A DNA stretch of 64,000 nt from Acidobacteriota bacterium (GCA_019347945.1 JAHWKK010000001.1:67299-131298); one strand, 5' to 3'. Shown: positions 18,272 to 27,855, counted from the first letter of the stretch. The notes: generated by a model not told the origin, from the letters alone. Numbers and translations: made by a program.

Positions 18272-18277
18272 AGGGAA

Positions 18278-18306
18278 ATCATAAGACGTCCAGACGTCTT
18301 AGTCCA
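18278..18306 (-). promoter_or_regulatory. Methyltransferase promoter with a palindromic operator in the spacer
   Basis: TGGACT (18306-18301), 17 nt, TATGAT (18283-18278), 6 nt, ATG; perfect inverted repeat TAAGACGTC-CA-GACGTCTTA at 18282-18301. Confidence 0.8.
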
Positions 18307-18409
18307 CCAAGGCGTGCGAAGTTATTGGCCCGGTGATCGCCGTATACGGCGAATGCAGAGGAACTCATCGGTGACGCAGGTGTCCTCCAGCGCCACGATC
18401 ACTTTGAAA

Positions 18410-20812
18410 TCATCTCCTGACGCGTGAGCGGCGTCTCGCCACCGGCCAGGCGGCGAGTCCGAGAAGGGCGGTGCCCGATACCCAGAGGCCGTGGTAGAAG
18501 GATCGCGGCCTGTAGTCGACCCGAACGTGGGTCGTACCGGGAGGCACGAGGAATCCGATGAACCCGCCGTTCACCTCGCTGATCGGAAGCTCGATGCCGC
18601 TCGATGTCCAGACGCGCCACCCGGGATAAGCGGGAAGGGAGGAGGCGATGACGGACCAGCGCTGCGCGTCGACCTCGATGTCGTAGCGCCGCGGGCTGGA
18701 TCGGAGAATGGTGATCTCCGTCGGCGGAAGCAGATCGGGGCGAGGGCCGAAAATGTCGTCGTGCGCCTGCTCGACGAGACTCGAGTGGATCCGGTTGACG
18801 ACGACCGCATTTCGCCAGTCGATGTGATCGAGAAGCAGCGCCTGCCGTTCTTCCGCATCTCCCTCCATGAGCGTATGGCGAGGTGCAATGAACCTCGGCA
18901 TCGCCTCATCGTTGCGATAGATGCGTGCATCGGACCCCTCCCAGACCATTACCCAGGCGGAATCGTTGAGCTGCACGCCTGGTGGTGTGATGACGTATCG
19001 CACACCCATGAAGTCGAGAATCGGATGATGGTAGCTGCCGAGCATCGCGAAGTAGCTCTCCGCCGTATAGCCGGTGTAAACGCGAAGCATCCCGAGCACC
19101 CTTGCCGTCGACATCGGATCGTGCGCGCGGATGTCCTCGAATCCGTAGATCGCCGATGTATTCGGAAAGAGAGCTCCCGATACTCCGGCGATTCGTGCAG
19201 GTTGGAGATCGTCGCTCGCGATGAGCGCTTCGAGTTTCTGGATCGCGGGGGTCTCCGGATAGAACGCCGAGCTCGGCATGGTCGTGTTCCAGCTCCAGCC
19301 GAAAGCGAGAAGCTCCGCGGTAATCGCCACGATGAGGGCGGCAAACCAGAGGGGGGAACGCGACAGGAAAAGTGCAATTGCGGCGACGATCAGAACGATG
19401 AACGAAGGGATCGCCGCGATGGCCGAGTCGATGAGCACGCGGTCGGCCGGCGTACCGAGCGCGAGCTGATGCCCCAGAAAAACCGCGGCGAAGATCACGA
19501 CCGTGCTGACCACGCCGATCTGAAGAGGACGCCGGTCCCCGTCGAGCGCCCGCTGCACCAGGAGGCCGAGCAGAAGGGCGCCGGTCCAGCAGAAGAGAAA
19601 CCGGAACCTTCCGTTGGCGATCATCGAATAGAGAGGAAGGGACTCGAAAGCCCGGGTCAGCCATGGGGTGTGGATCGCGACCGAACAAAGCAGGATCGTC
19701 AGCAATGAAAAGAAAGTCGCGTCGTGACGCCACAGCCGGTCGCGAACGGCGAGAGCTCCCCAGCCGACGAAAGCTGCAACCGCGAGCACACCGCTCCATC
19801 CCATGATCACTTCTGCGTGCGCCGGCCCCCAGGCCGTGTTCTCGGTAACCGAGCCGAAGAACTCCGGATGCAGGAAATTCATCAGAAAGCCCCAGTAGAA
19901 GCGACCCCCCCGGTGATCGCGGAATGCGTCCAGCTCGACCCATCGCTTCGAGAAGGGGAGGACCTCGAAGAAGGGAAAGAGGAGAGGAGCCGCGATCAGC
20001 AGCGCGAGGATCCCGGCGCCGATTGCCGCGGCGGCCGCGCGCTTCGTCACGGGCCATCCATCCCGAATCATCCTGAAGAGGAGCCATGCGGCCGCGACTG
20101 TGACGATGTGCGCGGCGGACTCCGGATGCCCGTTGATCAGAAGCGAAAGGAAAGCAAACGTCGTGAAGCAGAAGCGGCCCCAGCTGACGCGCTCGAGAAG
20201 GAGGTCGAGAGCGACCAGCGTCATCGGAAGATGGACGAGCGTCGTCGCGAGCGGAAAGTGGAGCCACACCATGATCGCCGTCGAAAAACTCCATGAGACG
20301 GCCGTGATCGTGGCGGCGAGGTCCCCCGCGCCGCGCCGCCTCGCGAATACGAAAGCGAACCAGAGCGCGACGAGGAGCTTCAGGGCGGCCTCGGCGGTCA
20401 TCGCATCTCCGAGATCGAGCGGGAGAGTCACGAGCCGGAAGGGAGAGAAGGCCGAGCTCTGCATGTTTGCCAGAAGCGGGTAACCCCCTTGCGCGGTGTG
20501 ATTCCACAACGGAGCCTCCAGACGCGTCCAGGATTCCCGAACGAGGTGAGCCCACGGAACGATCTGCATCGATACGTCGTTGGTCTGGCTGTTGTGAACC
20601 TCGAAGTCGGGATCGGATCGCCAGGGGGGAAGCCGCTCGAGCTGGTCGACTGGAATCGCCACGTAATCGAGAACCATCGGCCGGAAGAGAAAGACGAGGA
20701 CCGCAGCGTAGAAAAAGATCGCGACCCGCGGCGGAAGGCGGAGAGAAGTAGTCCGCGCCATCAGGACGAAGACCGCGAAGACGGCCGCTACGAGGATGAA
20801 CGTGGGATTCAT
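18410..20812 (-). CDS. YfhO family membrane protein (GT-C-like glycosyltransferase)
   Basis: Multi-TM, PLWNHTAQGGYPLLAN, GHPE, C-terminal YPGW...GF..PPGTTHVRVDYRP; ATGA-coupled to the acyltransferase. Confidence 0.85.
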   Translation of the reverse strand: MNPTFILVAAVFAVFVLMARTTSLRLPPRVAIFFYAAVLVFLFRPMVLDYVAIPVDQLERLPPWRSDPDFEVHNSQTNDVSMQIVPWAHLVRESWTRLEAPLWNHTAQGGYPLLANMQSSAFSPFRLVTLPLDLGDAMTAEAALKLLVALWFAFVFARRRGAGDLAATITAVSWSFSTAIMVWLHFPLATTLVHLPMTLVALDLLLERVSWGRFCFTTFAFLSLLINGHPESAAHIVTVAAAWLLFRMIRDGWPVTKRAAAAAIGAGILALLIAAPLLFPFFEVLPFSKRWVELDAFRDHRGGRFYWGFLMNFLHPEFFGSVTENTAWGPAHAEVIMGWSGVLAVAAFVGWGALAVRDRLWRHDATFFSLLTILLCSVAIHTPWLTRAFESLPLYSMIANGRFRFLFCWTGALLLGLLVQRALDGDRRPLQIGVVSTVVIFAAVFLGHQLALGTPADRVLIDSAIAAIPSFIVLIVAAIALFLSRSPLWFAALIVAITAELLAFGWSWNTTMPSSAFYPETPAIQKLEALIASDDLQPARIAGVSGALFPNTSAIYGFEDIRAHDPMSTARVLGMLRVYTGYTAESYFAMLGSYHHPILDFMGVRYVITPPGVQLNDSAWVMVWEGSDARIYRNDEAMPRFIAPRHTLMEGDAEERQALLLDHIDWRNAVVVNRIHSSLVEQAHDDIFGPRPDLLPPTEITILRSSPRRYDIEVDAQRWSVIASSLPAYPGWRVWTSSGIELPISEVNGGFIGFLVPPGTTHVRVDYRPRSFYHGLWVSGTALLGLAAWPVARRRSRVRR

Positions 20813-21738
20813 GGCCGGGAAACAGTCTGGTAACGCGGATCGGACGGGGATCGCTTCCACCTCTCGTGCATCCACAGCCAGAGATGCGGCTCACGTCGGA
20901 TGTGCGTCGAGATCAGCTCGTTGATCCATTGCGTGATCTCCTCGATTTCCTCGGGTGTTCCCGTCATATCCCTGGTTTCACGCAGCTCGGTCAGCTCGAT
21001 CTCCAGCCCTTCATCATCGGATGGATAGCAGAAGGCTCCAATGATGGCTGCTCCGTTGCGGATCGCGAGCTTCGCCGGTGCTGGGGTCGTCCATGCGGGC
21101 TGCGACACGAAGGGGACCAGAAGTCCGTGACGCGGAGCCACGGCCTGATCGGGAAGGACGACCACACCCTTACCCTGCGCGATCCAGTCGCGCATCGTCC
21201 GCGCGGATTTGCGTCGCGCGAGAATCCTGATTCCCGTCCGAGTGCGGGCCCGTTCGATATCGCGCTGGAGTAGCGGATTGTCGAGGGGTCGCGCCACGAC
21301 TGCGAAGGGAATGTCGAGCGTCTCGAGCGCCGCGATCGCGGATTCCCAGTCTCCGAAGTGGGCAGTGAACAGAACGACCCCCCGGCCTTCTCCAATGGCA
21401 CGATCGAGCGCTTCACGTCCGTGCACCCGAATCCCGGTCTTCTCGATTGTCGGCCGGTCCAGGCTTCTCAGATACTGCAGAGACTGACGGGCGAAATGGC
21501 GCCAGCACGCCCGGATCGTCTGTTCGATCATTTCGTCGGTCCGTTCCGGGAAGCAGAGGCGCAGATTTGCGCGTGCGGTGCGCGTCCGAGATCTCGCCAC
21601 GGAAGGGAGAATTCGGGCGAGCGCATCGGCGATGCGTTGCGTTCCGCCCCGTCCGATCAGTCCGACAATCCAGCGGACCACCCGGAAGGCTCCGTACTCG
21701 AGAAGAATCAGCGAGCGTGACTTACGTCTTCTGGCCAT
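20809..21738 (-). CDS. lpxL: Lipid A late acyltransferase (LpxL/HtrB family)
   Basis: TAHFGDWE, RPLDNP, LPDQ, WLWMHERWK; lies in an operon with lpxK and waaA. Confidence 0.88.
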   Translation of the reverse strand: MARRRKSRSLILLEYGAFRVVRWIVGLIGRGGTQRIADALARILPSVARSRTRTARANLRLCFPERTDEMIEQTIRACWRHFARQSLQYLRSLDRPTIEKTGIRVHGREALDRAIGEGRGVVLFTAHFGDWESAIAALETLDIPFAVVARPLDNPLLQRDIERARTRTGIRILARRKSARTMRDWIAQGKGVVVLPDQAVAPRHGLLVPFVSQPAWTTPAPAKLAIRNGAAIIGAFCYPSDDEGLEIELTELRETRDMTGTPEEIEEITQWINELISTHIRREPHLWLWMHERWKRSPSDPRYQTVSRP

Positions 21739-22693
21739 CGTCCTTTTCGCGCCGGGAAAGCGCCCTCATGAGGAGATCGTGAAACTGGCGCTCAGGCCTG
21801 ATCAGCATCGAGACTTCGAGATAGCCGATCCGGTCCTGCCATGGTCCGATTTTCACCCAATCCTTTTCGGTCGTGAGGATGAGGCTGGCGCTGAGCTCTG
21901 TGGCGGATCGGACGATCGCGTCCAGCTCTTCGTCGGAGTAGCGGTGATGATCATCGAAGCCGTCGAAGCGGACGATCGTCGTGCCGAGGTGCCTCAGTGC
22001 TTCGGCGAACTGAACGTTGTCGGCGAGGCCGCTGAACGCGACGATTCGGAGGCCTGTAAGCGACGCGGTAGGTTTTCTTCCACCGGCAACGACGACGGCG
22101 TCCGGTTCGAGTGTGGCGCGAAAAACTGGAGGGCCATCCGGGAGTCTTTCGATGGTTCCACGTCCTCTTACGAGCACGCCATCGGCCCACCGGAGCGCCG
22201 CCCGGGACTCGCGGTACCATCTGGCCCTTCGGTAGTCGATCACCAGATCGAGGTCACGGTCGAGCTGAAGATGCTGAAAGCCGTCGTCGAGAATGAAGAC
22301 GTCGCAGTCATTGTCCCGGAGCCAGGCCGTGGCGGCGTCGAAGCGTCTCGAGCCGACGATGATCGTGACGCTGTCCGGGAGCCGGCGTCTCATCAGAACA
22401 GGCTCATCGCCGAAGCGAACGGCGTCGAGCGCATCGACCTCAGCCCATCGGTCGCGGCCTCTCCGTCCATAACCGCGCGTGAGGACGACGACGCGAAGAT
22501 TCTGCGAGGCCAGCCATCGAGCGACCGTGATGACCGAGGGCGTTTTTCCGGCGCCTCCCATCGCGATGTTGCCGATGGAAATGACCGGACGAGGAAGCGA
22601 GCTCTGGCGGAAAATCTTCATTCGGTAAAGAGCACGCCGCGACCGGTTGATCCCCCGGATCAGAAGCTGCGCAGGAGTGAAGAGCGGGCTCAC
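21722..22693 (-). CDS. lpxK: Tetraacyldisaccharide 4'-kinase
   Basis: ISIGNIAMGGAGKTP, RGYG, GDEP, LDDGFQH, DHHRY, TTEKDWVK. Confidence 0.95.
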   Translation of the reverse strand: MSPLFTPAQLLIRGINRSRRALYRMKIFRQSSLPRPVISIGNIAMGGAGKTPSVITVARWLASQNLRVVVLTRGYGRRGRDRWAEVDALDAVRFGDEPVLMRRRLPDSVTIIVGSRRFDAATAWLRDNDCDVFILDDGFQHLQLDRDLDLVIDYRRARWYRESRAALRWADGVLVRGRGTIERLPDGPPVFRATLEPDAVVVAGGRKPTASLTGLRIVAFSGLADNVQFAEALRHLGTTIVRFDGFDDHHRYSDEELDAIVRSATELSASLILTTEKDWVKIGPWQDRIGYLEVSMLIRPERQFHDLLMRALSRREKDDGQKT

Positions 22694-23937
22694 CCGAGCA
22701 ACCCCACCACTCTGCGGGCGGTGTCACCGGCGGCGCCGCGATTCCGTTCGACGCAATCGAGCGCGCGAGTACCGTACTCTTGCCGCAGCTCGTCGTTGCT
22801 GGTCATCCGGGCGAAGAAACTCTCGAGCTCGGCGGCATTGGCGACGACGACGGCGGCGCCGGAAGCGACCAGCTCGGAGGCGATGTCGCGGAAGTTCGTC
22901 ATGTATGGACCGAAGGCGACGGGGCAGCCGCTGGCCGCCGCTTCGACCGGATTCTGGCCTCCATGCGGCACGAGGCTCCCGCCGATGAAAGCCGCGTGAC
23001 ACTCCCGGTAGAGATTCGCGAGCTCGCCGATGCTGTCGAGCAGCAGAACGTCGGACGGACCTGCTTCCGCCAGCCGCGACCGCCGCGCAACGTTCAGGGA
23101 GGAGCTGGAAATGATCTGTGCCACCTGATCGAAACGCGTTTCTTTTCGAGGCGCGACGATCAGAAAGCAGTCGAGATCGACGAGCGATCGCATCATTTCC
23201 AGCAGCATCGCCTCCTCCCCCTCGGCCGTCGATCCGAAGATCACGATCGGGCGCTCGCCGGCCAGCTGATGCAGCTTCTCTGCGAACGACACGGGAGGGC
23301 CTGGAAGCTGGAGATCGAACTTCACGTTTCCAGTGACGACGACACGCTCGGGGAGAGCTCCGATCGCAACGAATCGCTCTCGATCGATCCGCTCGCGAAC
23401 CATGAGCAGATCGAAGCTCCGCAGGACGCGGGCCGCGAGTCTGCGAAACCGGAAATATCGGGGGAACGAGCGATCGGAGAGCCGGCCATTGGCCACCGAG
23501 AGGCGGATTCCTCGCTCGGAGCATGCCCTCGTCAGGATTGGCCAGAGCTCGGTCTCCATGGCGACGTGGACCGAGGGGGAGTAATTCGAAAGGAACCGTT
23601 TGACTGAGAATGTAAAATCGAAGGGAAACCAGGTGATCGTAGCTTCCGAGAAGAGCCTTTTTGCAAGATCCTGCCCCGTGGCCGTCGTCGTGGTGACGAC
23701 GAGCGAGGTTCCGGGACGTACCCGGCGTATGGCGTCAGCGACGATTTTCGCCGCCGCGACCTCGCCGACTGAGACCGCATGAATCCAGACGTCATGACTT
23801 TGACGGACAGCGGCGTAGAAACCGAGCCGGTGGGGGATGTTTCCGAGCTTGCGCCCGCCGAGCAGGCGGCCGAGAGCGTAGAACGGGATGATCGCGACGA
23901 AGGTGATGAACGCAGCGATCTCGTAGAGGAAGAACAT
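22690..23937 (-). CDS. waaA: 3-deoxy-D-manno-octulosonic-acid (Kdo) transferase
   Basis: WIHAVSVGE, ETELWP, NGRLSDRS, GNVKFD, GGSLVPHGGQNPVE; the ORF-track start at 24393 overlaps hflX and was rejected. Confidence 0.95.
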   Translation of the reverse strand: MFFLYEIAAFITFVAIIPFYALGRLLGGRKLGNIPHRLGFYAAVRQSHDVWIHAVSVGEVAAAKIVADAIRRVRPGTSLVVTTTTATGQDLAKRLFSEATITWFPFDFTFSVKRFLSNYSPSVHVAMETELWPILTRACSERGIRLSVANGRLSDRSFPRYFRFRRLAARVLRSFDLLMVRERIDRERFVAIGALPERVVVTGNVKFDLQLPGPPVSFAEKLHQLAGERPIVIFGSTAEGEEAMLLEMMRSLVDLDCFLIVAPRKETRFDQVAQIISSSSLNVARRSRLAEAGPSDVLLLDSIGELANLYRECHAAFIGGSLVPHGGQNPVEAAASGCPVAFGPYMTNFRDIASELVASGAAVVVANAAELESFFARMTSNDELRQEYGTRALDCVERNRGAAGDTARRVVGLLG

Positions 23938-23991
23938 CCGCGGCATCATCCTTCGGGCACCAGCGAGGGTCAAGCCACCGCCGAGCGCGTC

Positions 23992-25194
23992 GTGATCGTG
24001 GGAATCGCCCGGCCGGGGACCGGCCGATTCGGGGCGAACGAGCACCTCGATGAGCTTCACGGTCTGGTCGAAGCCGCCTCGGGAGAAGTCGTCGGCCGGG
24101 TCCTTCAGGAACGAAGGGCGCCCGATTCCGCAACATGGATCGGCAAGGGAAAAGCGAATGAAGTCGCCGCTCTCGTCGCGGAGACGAAGGCGGCGCTCGT
24201 CGTCTTCGATGACGATCTTTCGCCAGCCCAGCTTCGCAACCTCGAGAAAATCGTCGCGGTCAAGGTGATCGACAGAAGCACGCTGATTCTCGACATCTTC
24301 GCCAAACGTGCACGGACGGCCGAGGCGCGGACGCAGGTCGAGCTCGCACAGCTCGAATACATGCTTCCGAGGCTGACGCGCCAGTGGGTCCATCTCTCAC
24401 GTCAGGCCGGCGGAATTGGAACGAGAGGCGTCGGCGAGACGCAGCTCGAGATCGACCGGCGCCTGGTCCGAACCAGGATCCGACGCCTGGAAGAGGAACT
24501 TCGAAAGATCGAGCAGTCACGCCGTCTACGCCGATCCGGCCGGAGCGTTTTCACGGTTGCCCTGGCCGGTTACACGAATGCCGGAAAATCGACGCTCTTC
24601 AACCGTCTGACCTCCGACACGACCTATGCCGCCGACAAGCTTTTCGCAACGCTCGACTCGAAGCTCCGGCGGATGAACGGAGAGATGCCGCTCCAGACCG
24701 TTGCGGCCGACACGGTCGGATTCGTCAGAAAACTTCCGCATCATCTGGTGGCATCGTTCCGCTCGACAATGGCGGAAACGACCGAGGCGGATCTCGTGCT
24801 TCACGTCGTCGACGCCTCACATCCCGCCTCGGACGAGCAGGAAGCGGTCGGGCGGGAAGTCCTTCAGAACCTTGGGGTGGATCAGTCGAATGTCGTGGTC
24901 GTGCACAACAAGGTCGATCGACTTGGAGCCGGGTTTGGTCGTGCGGGGGACGTCGTGCGGGTCTCGGCGCTCGACGGCCGGGGGATCGGAGAGCTGCTCG
25001 CGGTCATCCGGGAGCGGCAGCGGGCTCTGGGGCAGGTGGTCGAGCTGCTGATTCCTCATCATGAGGCAAAGGTACGGGCCAGACTCTACGAGACGGGAAG
25101 GGTCGAGGCGATCACCGAACGGGAAGAGTGTTCGGAGATCCGCGCCTGGATTCCGTCCGCGCAGATCCCGGAGCTTGAACAGTTCCGTAAGTGA
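23992..25194 (+). CDS. hflX: GTPase HflX (start approximate)
   Basis: LILDIFAKRA, GPGE-like GVGETQLEIDRR, GYTNAGKS, LFATLD, DTVGF, NKVD. Confidence 0.95.
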   Translation: MIVGIARPGTGRFGANEHLDELHGLVEAASGEVVGRVLQERRAPDSATWIGKGKANEVAALVAETKAALVVFDDDLSPAQLRNLEKIVAVKVIDRSTLILDIFAKRARTAEARTQVELAQLEYMLPRLTRQWVHLSRQAGGIGTRGVGETQLEIDRRLVRTRIRRLEEELRKIEQSRRLRRSGRSVFTVALAGYTNAGKSTLFNRLTSDTTYAADKLFATLDSKLRRMNGEMPLQTVAADTVGFVRKLPHHLVASFRSTMAETTEADLVLHVVDASHPASDEQEAVGREVLQNLGVDQSNVVVVHNKVDRLGAGFGRAGDVVRVSALDGRGIGELLAVIRERQRALGQVVELLIPHHEAKVRARLYETGRVEAITEREECSEIRAWIPSAQIPELEQFRK

Positions 25195-25225
25195 AGAGGA
25201 GCTGATTCCGCGAAGAGGCGTCGCT

Positions 25226-27394
25226 TCAGGCCGTCGAATGATGCGGGATGTTGAGCACGAGGACGGGGCAGGGGGCGTTCTCGAGGACGTGTTCGATCTT
25301 GGGCCCGAGGAAGAGCCGCTGCGTGCCGGCCTGGACGTCCGACCCGAGGATGATCAGATCGACGTCTCGCCGCTTGGCCAGATCGAGAATGACTCGTTCG
25401 GGATCCCGCCCGACGCGTACCTCGACGTCGGTCCGGATGTTCTGAGCCTCGCCCAGCTCCTCGAGTTGGGTGACGATCTGTCGGGCGTTACCGAACTGAC
25501 GCGTGAAGAGGGTGCTGTCGGGGTCGAGGGAGGCGAGACTCTCCTGCCGGGCGACGACGTTGAGCAGAGTGACGATGTCCTGCTCAGCGTGTGCGATTGC
25601 AAAGGAAAGCTCGGCAGCGCGGCGGGCTGCCATCGACCCGTTGGTCGGAACCAGAATCCGCTCCGGCGACCAGTCGGTGAAATGGCGGCTTCCCGACTGA
25701 ACCACGAGAGTCGGGCATGGGCTCACCCGGACGAGGTAATCGACCAGGGGGTTGAAGAGGACCTGGGACCGGTCCGCTTCCTCGGAAGCTCCGAGCACCA
25801 TCAGATCGAAGCCTCTCGCCGCCTCGTCGAGAATGATCTCGGAAGGAGAGGACCCTTCGACGACCCGCTCGATCAGATCGATCTCGGGGAACAGCTCGCT
25901 GACGCGATCGAGGAACTCCATGCCCTTCGCCTTCTCGCCGCTGCGCGTCACCGTCAGCAGCGTGAGCTCGATCTCATTCTCTTTCGAGAGCCGGGCGAGT
26001 ACCTCTGCTTCCACACGATAAGTCAGCGATGTCGTGTCGCGGAGGCGGATCGGGAGAAGGACGCGATGAATCCGGGCGATCAGACTCGCCTCGGTGCGTT
26101 CCTCACGGGTGAGCCGGTCGAGCTCTTCTGCGCTCGGCTCGACATGGCGGAGTACCCATCGGAGAGCTGAAGGGGCGAGCATCGCGTTGGTCATCGCCAT
26201 CAGGACGATGATCGCGAACATGTCCGGCGAAAAGACCTCCAGGGAAAGCCCGATCGTCGCGATGATGATGTCCATCGCGCCGCGAGTATTGAGCCCCGCC
26301 GCGAATGCGAGGGAGTGCCAGTGGTCCTTTCGACCGATGAAGCGGGCGCCGACATAGGCGCCGACTCCCTTTCCGAACACCGTTGCACCGATGACGGCGC
26401 CGGCAGCTCCCAGCATCGAGGGATTCGACAGATCGGCGAGATTCACCTTCAGCCCCGCCACCGCGAAAAAGATCGGAGCGAAGACGCCGAGCGCGATGCT
26501 CTCGAGCTTTTCCGTGGTCTCCGCAGAGAGTCGTCGCATCTGGCGCAGCACGATTCCGATGACGAACGCGCCGAGAACCGCCTCGAGATGAATCGCCTGC
26601 GCGATCGCTCCCCAGGCGAACATCAGGACGACGACGAGCGTCAGAAAACGGTCTGCGCCCGAGACGTGGTCACCGACGAGATCGATCAGCTTGCGAACGA
26701 TGATGCGACCAAGGAAAAAGCTCAGCACCAGGAACAGCAGAACGCCCCCGGCGCTCTGCACGACACTCGTGAGCCCGATGCCATGCCCTGCCGCGAGACC
26801 CGCGACGACCGAAAGTATGATCCAGCCGATCGTGTCGTCACTCATGCCCGCGGCGATCAGAGTCTGACCGATGTCGCGTCGAATGAGACCTAGGTCGATG
26901 ACCACTTTGGCGATGACCGCAATTGCCGAGATCGACATCGCCGTTCCGAGAAAAAGGGCGAACACCGTTCGCTGGTCCGGGTTCGCGAGCAGAAAATCGG
27001 GAAGCTGCGTCCCGACCAGATAGCCCGTGGTGAAGGTCAGAGCAATCCCGCAAAGGGAGACGCCGAAGGCGGTTCGCGCATGCCTTCGGATCAGCGAGAG
27101 GTCGGTCTCGATGCCGGTGATGAGCATCAGAAACATCGCGCCGATCAGACTGATGACCTCGAGCAGATAGCCCTGAACATCCGTCTGCGGAATGATCCAG
27201 ATTCCGAACGCGGGGATCACCGAGCTCAGCAGCGAGGGTCCCAGAACGATGCCGGCGAGGATCTCGCCGACGACTGCCGGCTGTCCGAGCTTTTTCGACA
27301 CCTCGCCCAACGCCCGTGCCGTGAACAGCAGCACTGCGATCTGAAGAACGAGCTTCAGGATGTCCGCGTGAGGTGCAGCCGTGAAAGTTTCCAT
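25226..27394 (-). CDS. Cation:proton antiporter (CPA2/Kef-like) fused to two universal stress protein domains
   Basis: QPAVVGEILAGIVLGPS, FAPIFF, NTRG; two USP domains (DLMVLG...SPCPTLVV; ILVPTNGS...APCPVLV). Confidence 0.92.
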   Translation of the reverse strand: METFTAAPHADILKLVLQIAVLLFTARALGEVSKKLGQPAVVGEILAGIVLGPSLLSSVIPAFGIWIIPQTDVQGYLLEVISLIGAMFLMLITGIETDLSLIRRHARTAFGVSLCGIALTFTTGYLVGTQLPDFLLANPDQRTVFALFLGTAMSISAIAVIAKVVIDLGLIRRDIGQTLIAAGMSDDTIGWIILSVVAGLAAGHGIGLTSVVQSAGGVLLFLVLSFFLGRIIVRKLIDLVGDHVSGADRFLTLVVVLMFAWGAIAQAIHLEAVLGAFVIGIVLRQMRRLSAETTEKLESIALGVFAPIFFAVAGLKVNLADLSNPSMLGAAGAVIGATVFGKGVGAYVGARFIGRKDHWHSLAFAAGLNTRGAMDIIIATIGLSLEVFSPDMFAIIVLMAMTNAMLAPSALRWVLRHVEPSAEELDRLTREERTEASLIARIHRVLLPIRLRDTTSLTYRVEAEVLARLSKENEIELTLLTVTRSGEKAKGMEFLDRVSELFPEIDLIERVVEGSSPSEIILDEAARGFDLMVLGASEEADRSQVLFNPLVDYLVRVSPCPTLVVQSGSRHFTDWSPERILVPTNGSMAARRAAELSFAIAHAEQDIVTLLNVVARQESLASLDPDSTLFTRQFGNARQIVTQLEELGEAQNIRTDVEVRVGRDPERVILDLAKRRDVDLIILGSDVQAGTQRLFLGPKIEHVLENAPCPVLVLNIPHHSTA

Positions 27395-27411
27395 GAAAAA
27401 AACAGCGGAGC

Positions 27412-27855
27412 TCAGCCGCCGGTCGACCGGGCTTCGGTCTCTGCGACGACGGTGCCGATATGGCCGGCGATGTCGTTTCCGGAGTGAACCGCCCGGATCT
27501 TCTTATCACGCCGGATGTAAAAGGTGACCCTTCGAGCCAGACCCAGCAGCGGAATGCCCACCCCGTAGTCACTGATCACGCTGCCGCCGCGATCCCCGAC
27601 GAGCGGATATGGAAGATCGAGGCTTCGCGCGAAGGCGTCGCTCTTTTTCTGTCTGTCGTTGGACACACCAACGACGGCGACACCGACCTTCTTCAGCTCT
27701 TGGTAGATCCGGCGAAACTCGCCGGCCTCGAGCGTTCAGCCGGGTGTAAACGCCTTCGGAAAGAAGAAGACTGCGACGTCGCTGGTCTCGAGCAGCGCAT
27801 GCAGCCGGGTCTCGGCGATCTCGAAGTCGGGCGCCTCGTCACCTCGTTTGAGCAT
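27412..27855 (-). CDS. bcp: Peroxiredoxin BCP/PrxQ, probable selenoprotein (U40, FTPGUTLE), 147 aa
   Basis: MLKRGDEAPDF...FFPKAFTPG-TGA (27736-27738)-TLEAGEFRRIYQELKKVGVAVVGVSND...YPLVGD...RVTFYI; the UGA sits at the peroxidatic Cys of PxxxTxxC. Confidence 0.92.
27709..27725 (-). promoter_or_regulatory. Putative bacterial SECIS element (peroxiredoxin)
   Basis: CCGGCGA-GUU-UCGCCGG perfect hairpin starting 10 nt 3' of the UGA. Confidence 0.8.

Noticed and set aside
16381..18370. Possible terminal inverted repeats (gatgaggagttctg / cagaggaactcatc) around the R-M island
   Set aside because: Only partial complementarity; no target duplication, transposase or integrase seen
23779..24393. Apparent 600-bp head-to-head overlap of waaA and hflX
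   Set aside because: Artefact of longest-ORF starts; homologous regions begin near 23937 (-) and 23992 (+)
14656..27855. Genome-wide UGA reassignment (Trp/Gly) as the explanation for read-through
   Set aside because: Many genes here end properly at TGA (including ATGA overlaps) and Trp is encoded by TGG; both read-throughs fall at catalytic-Cys positions
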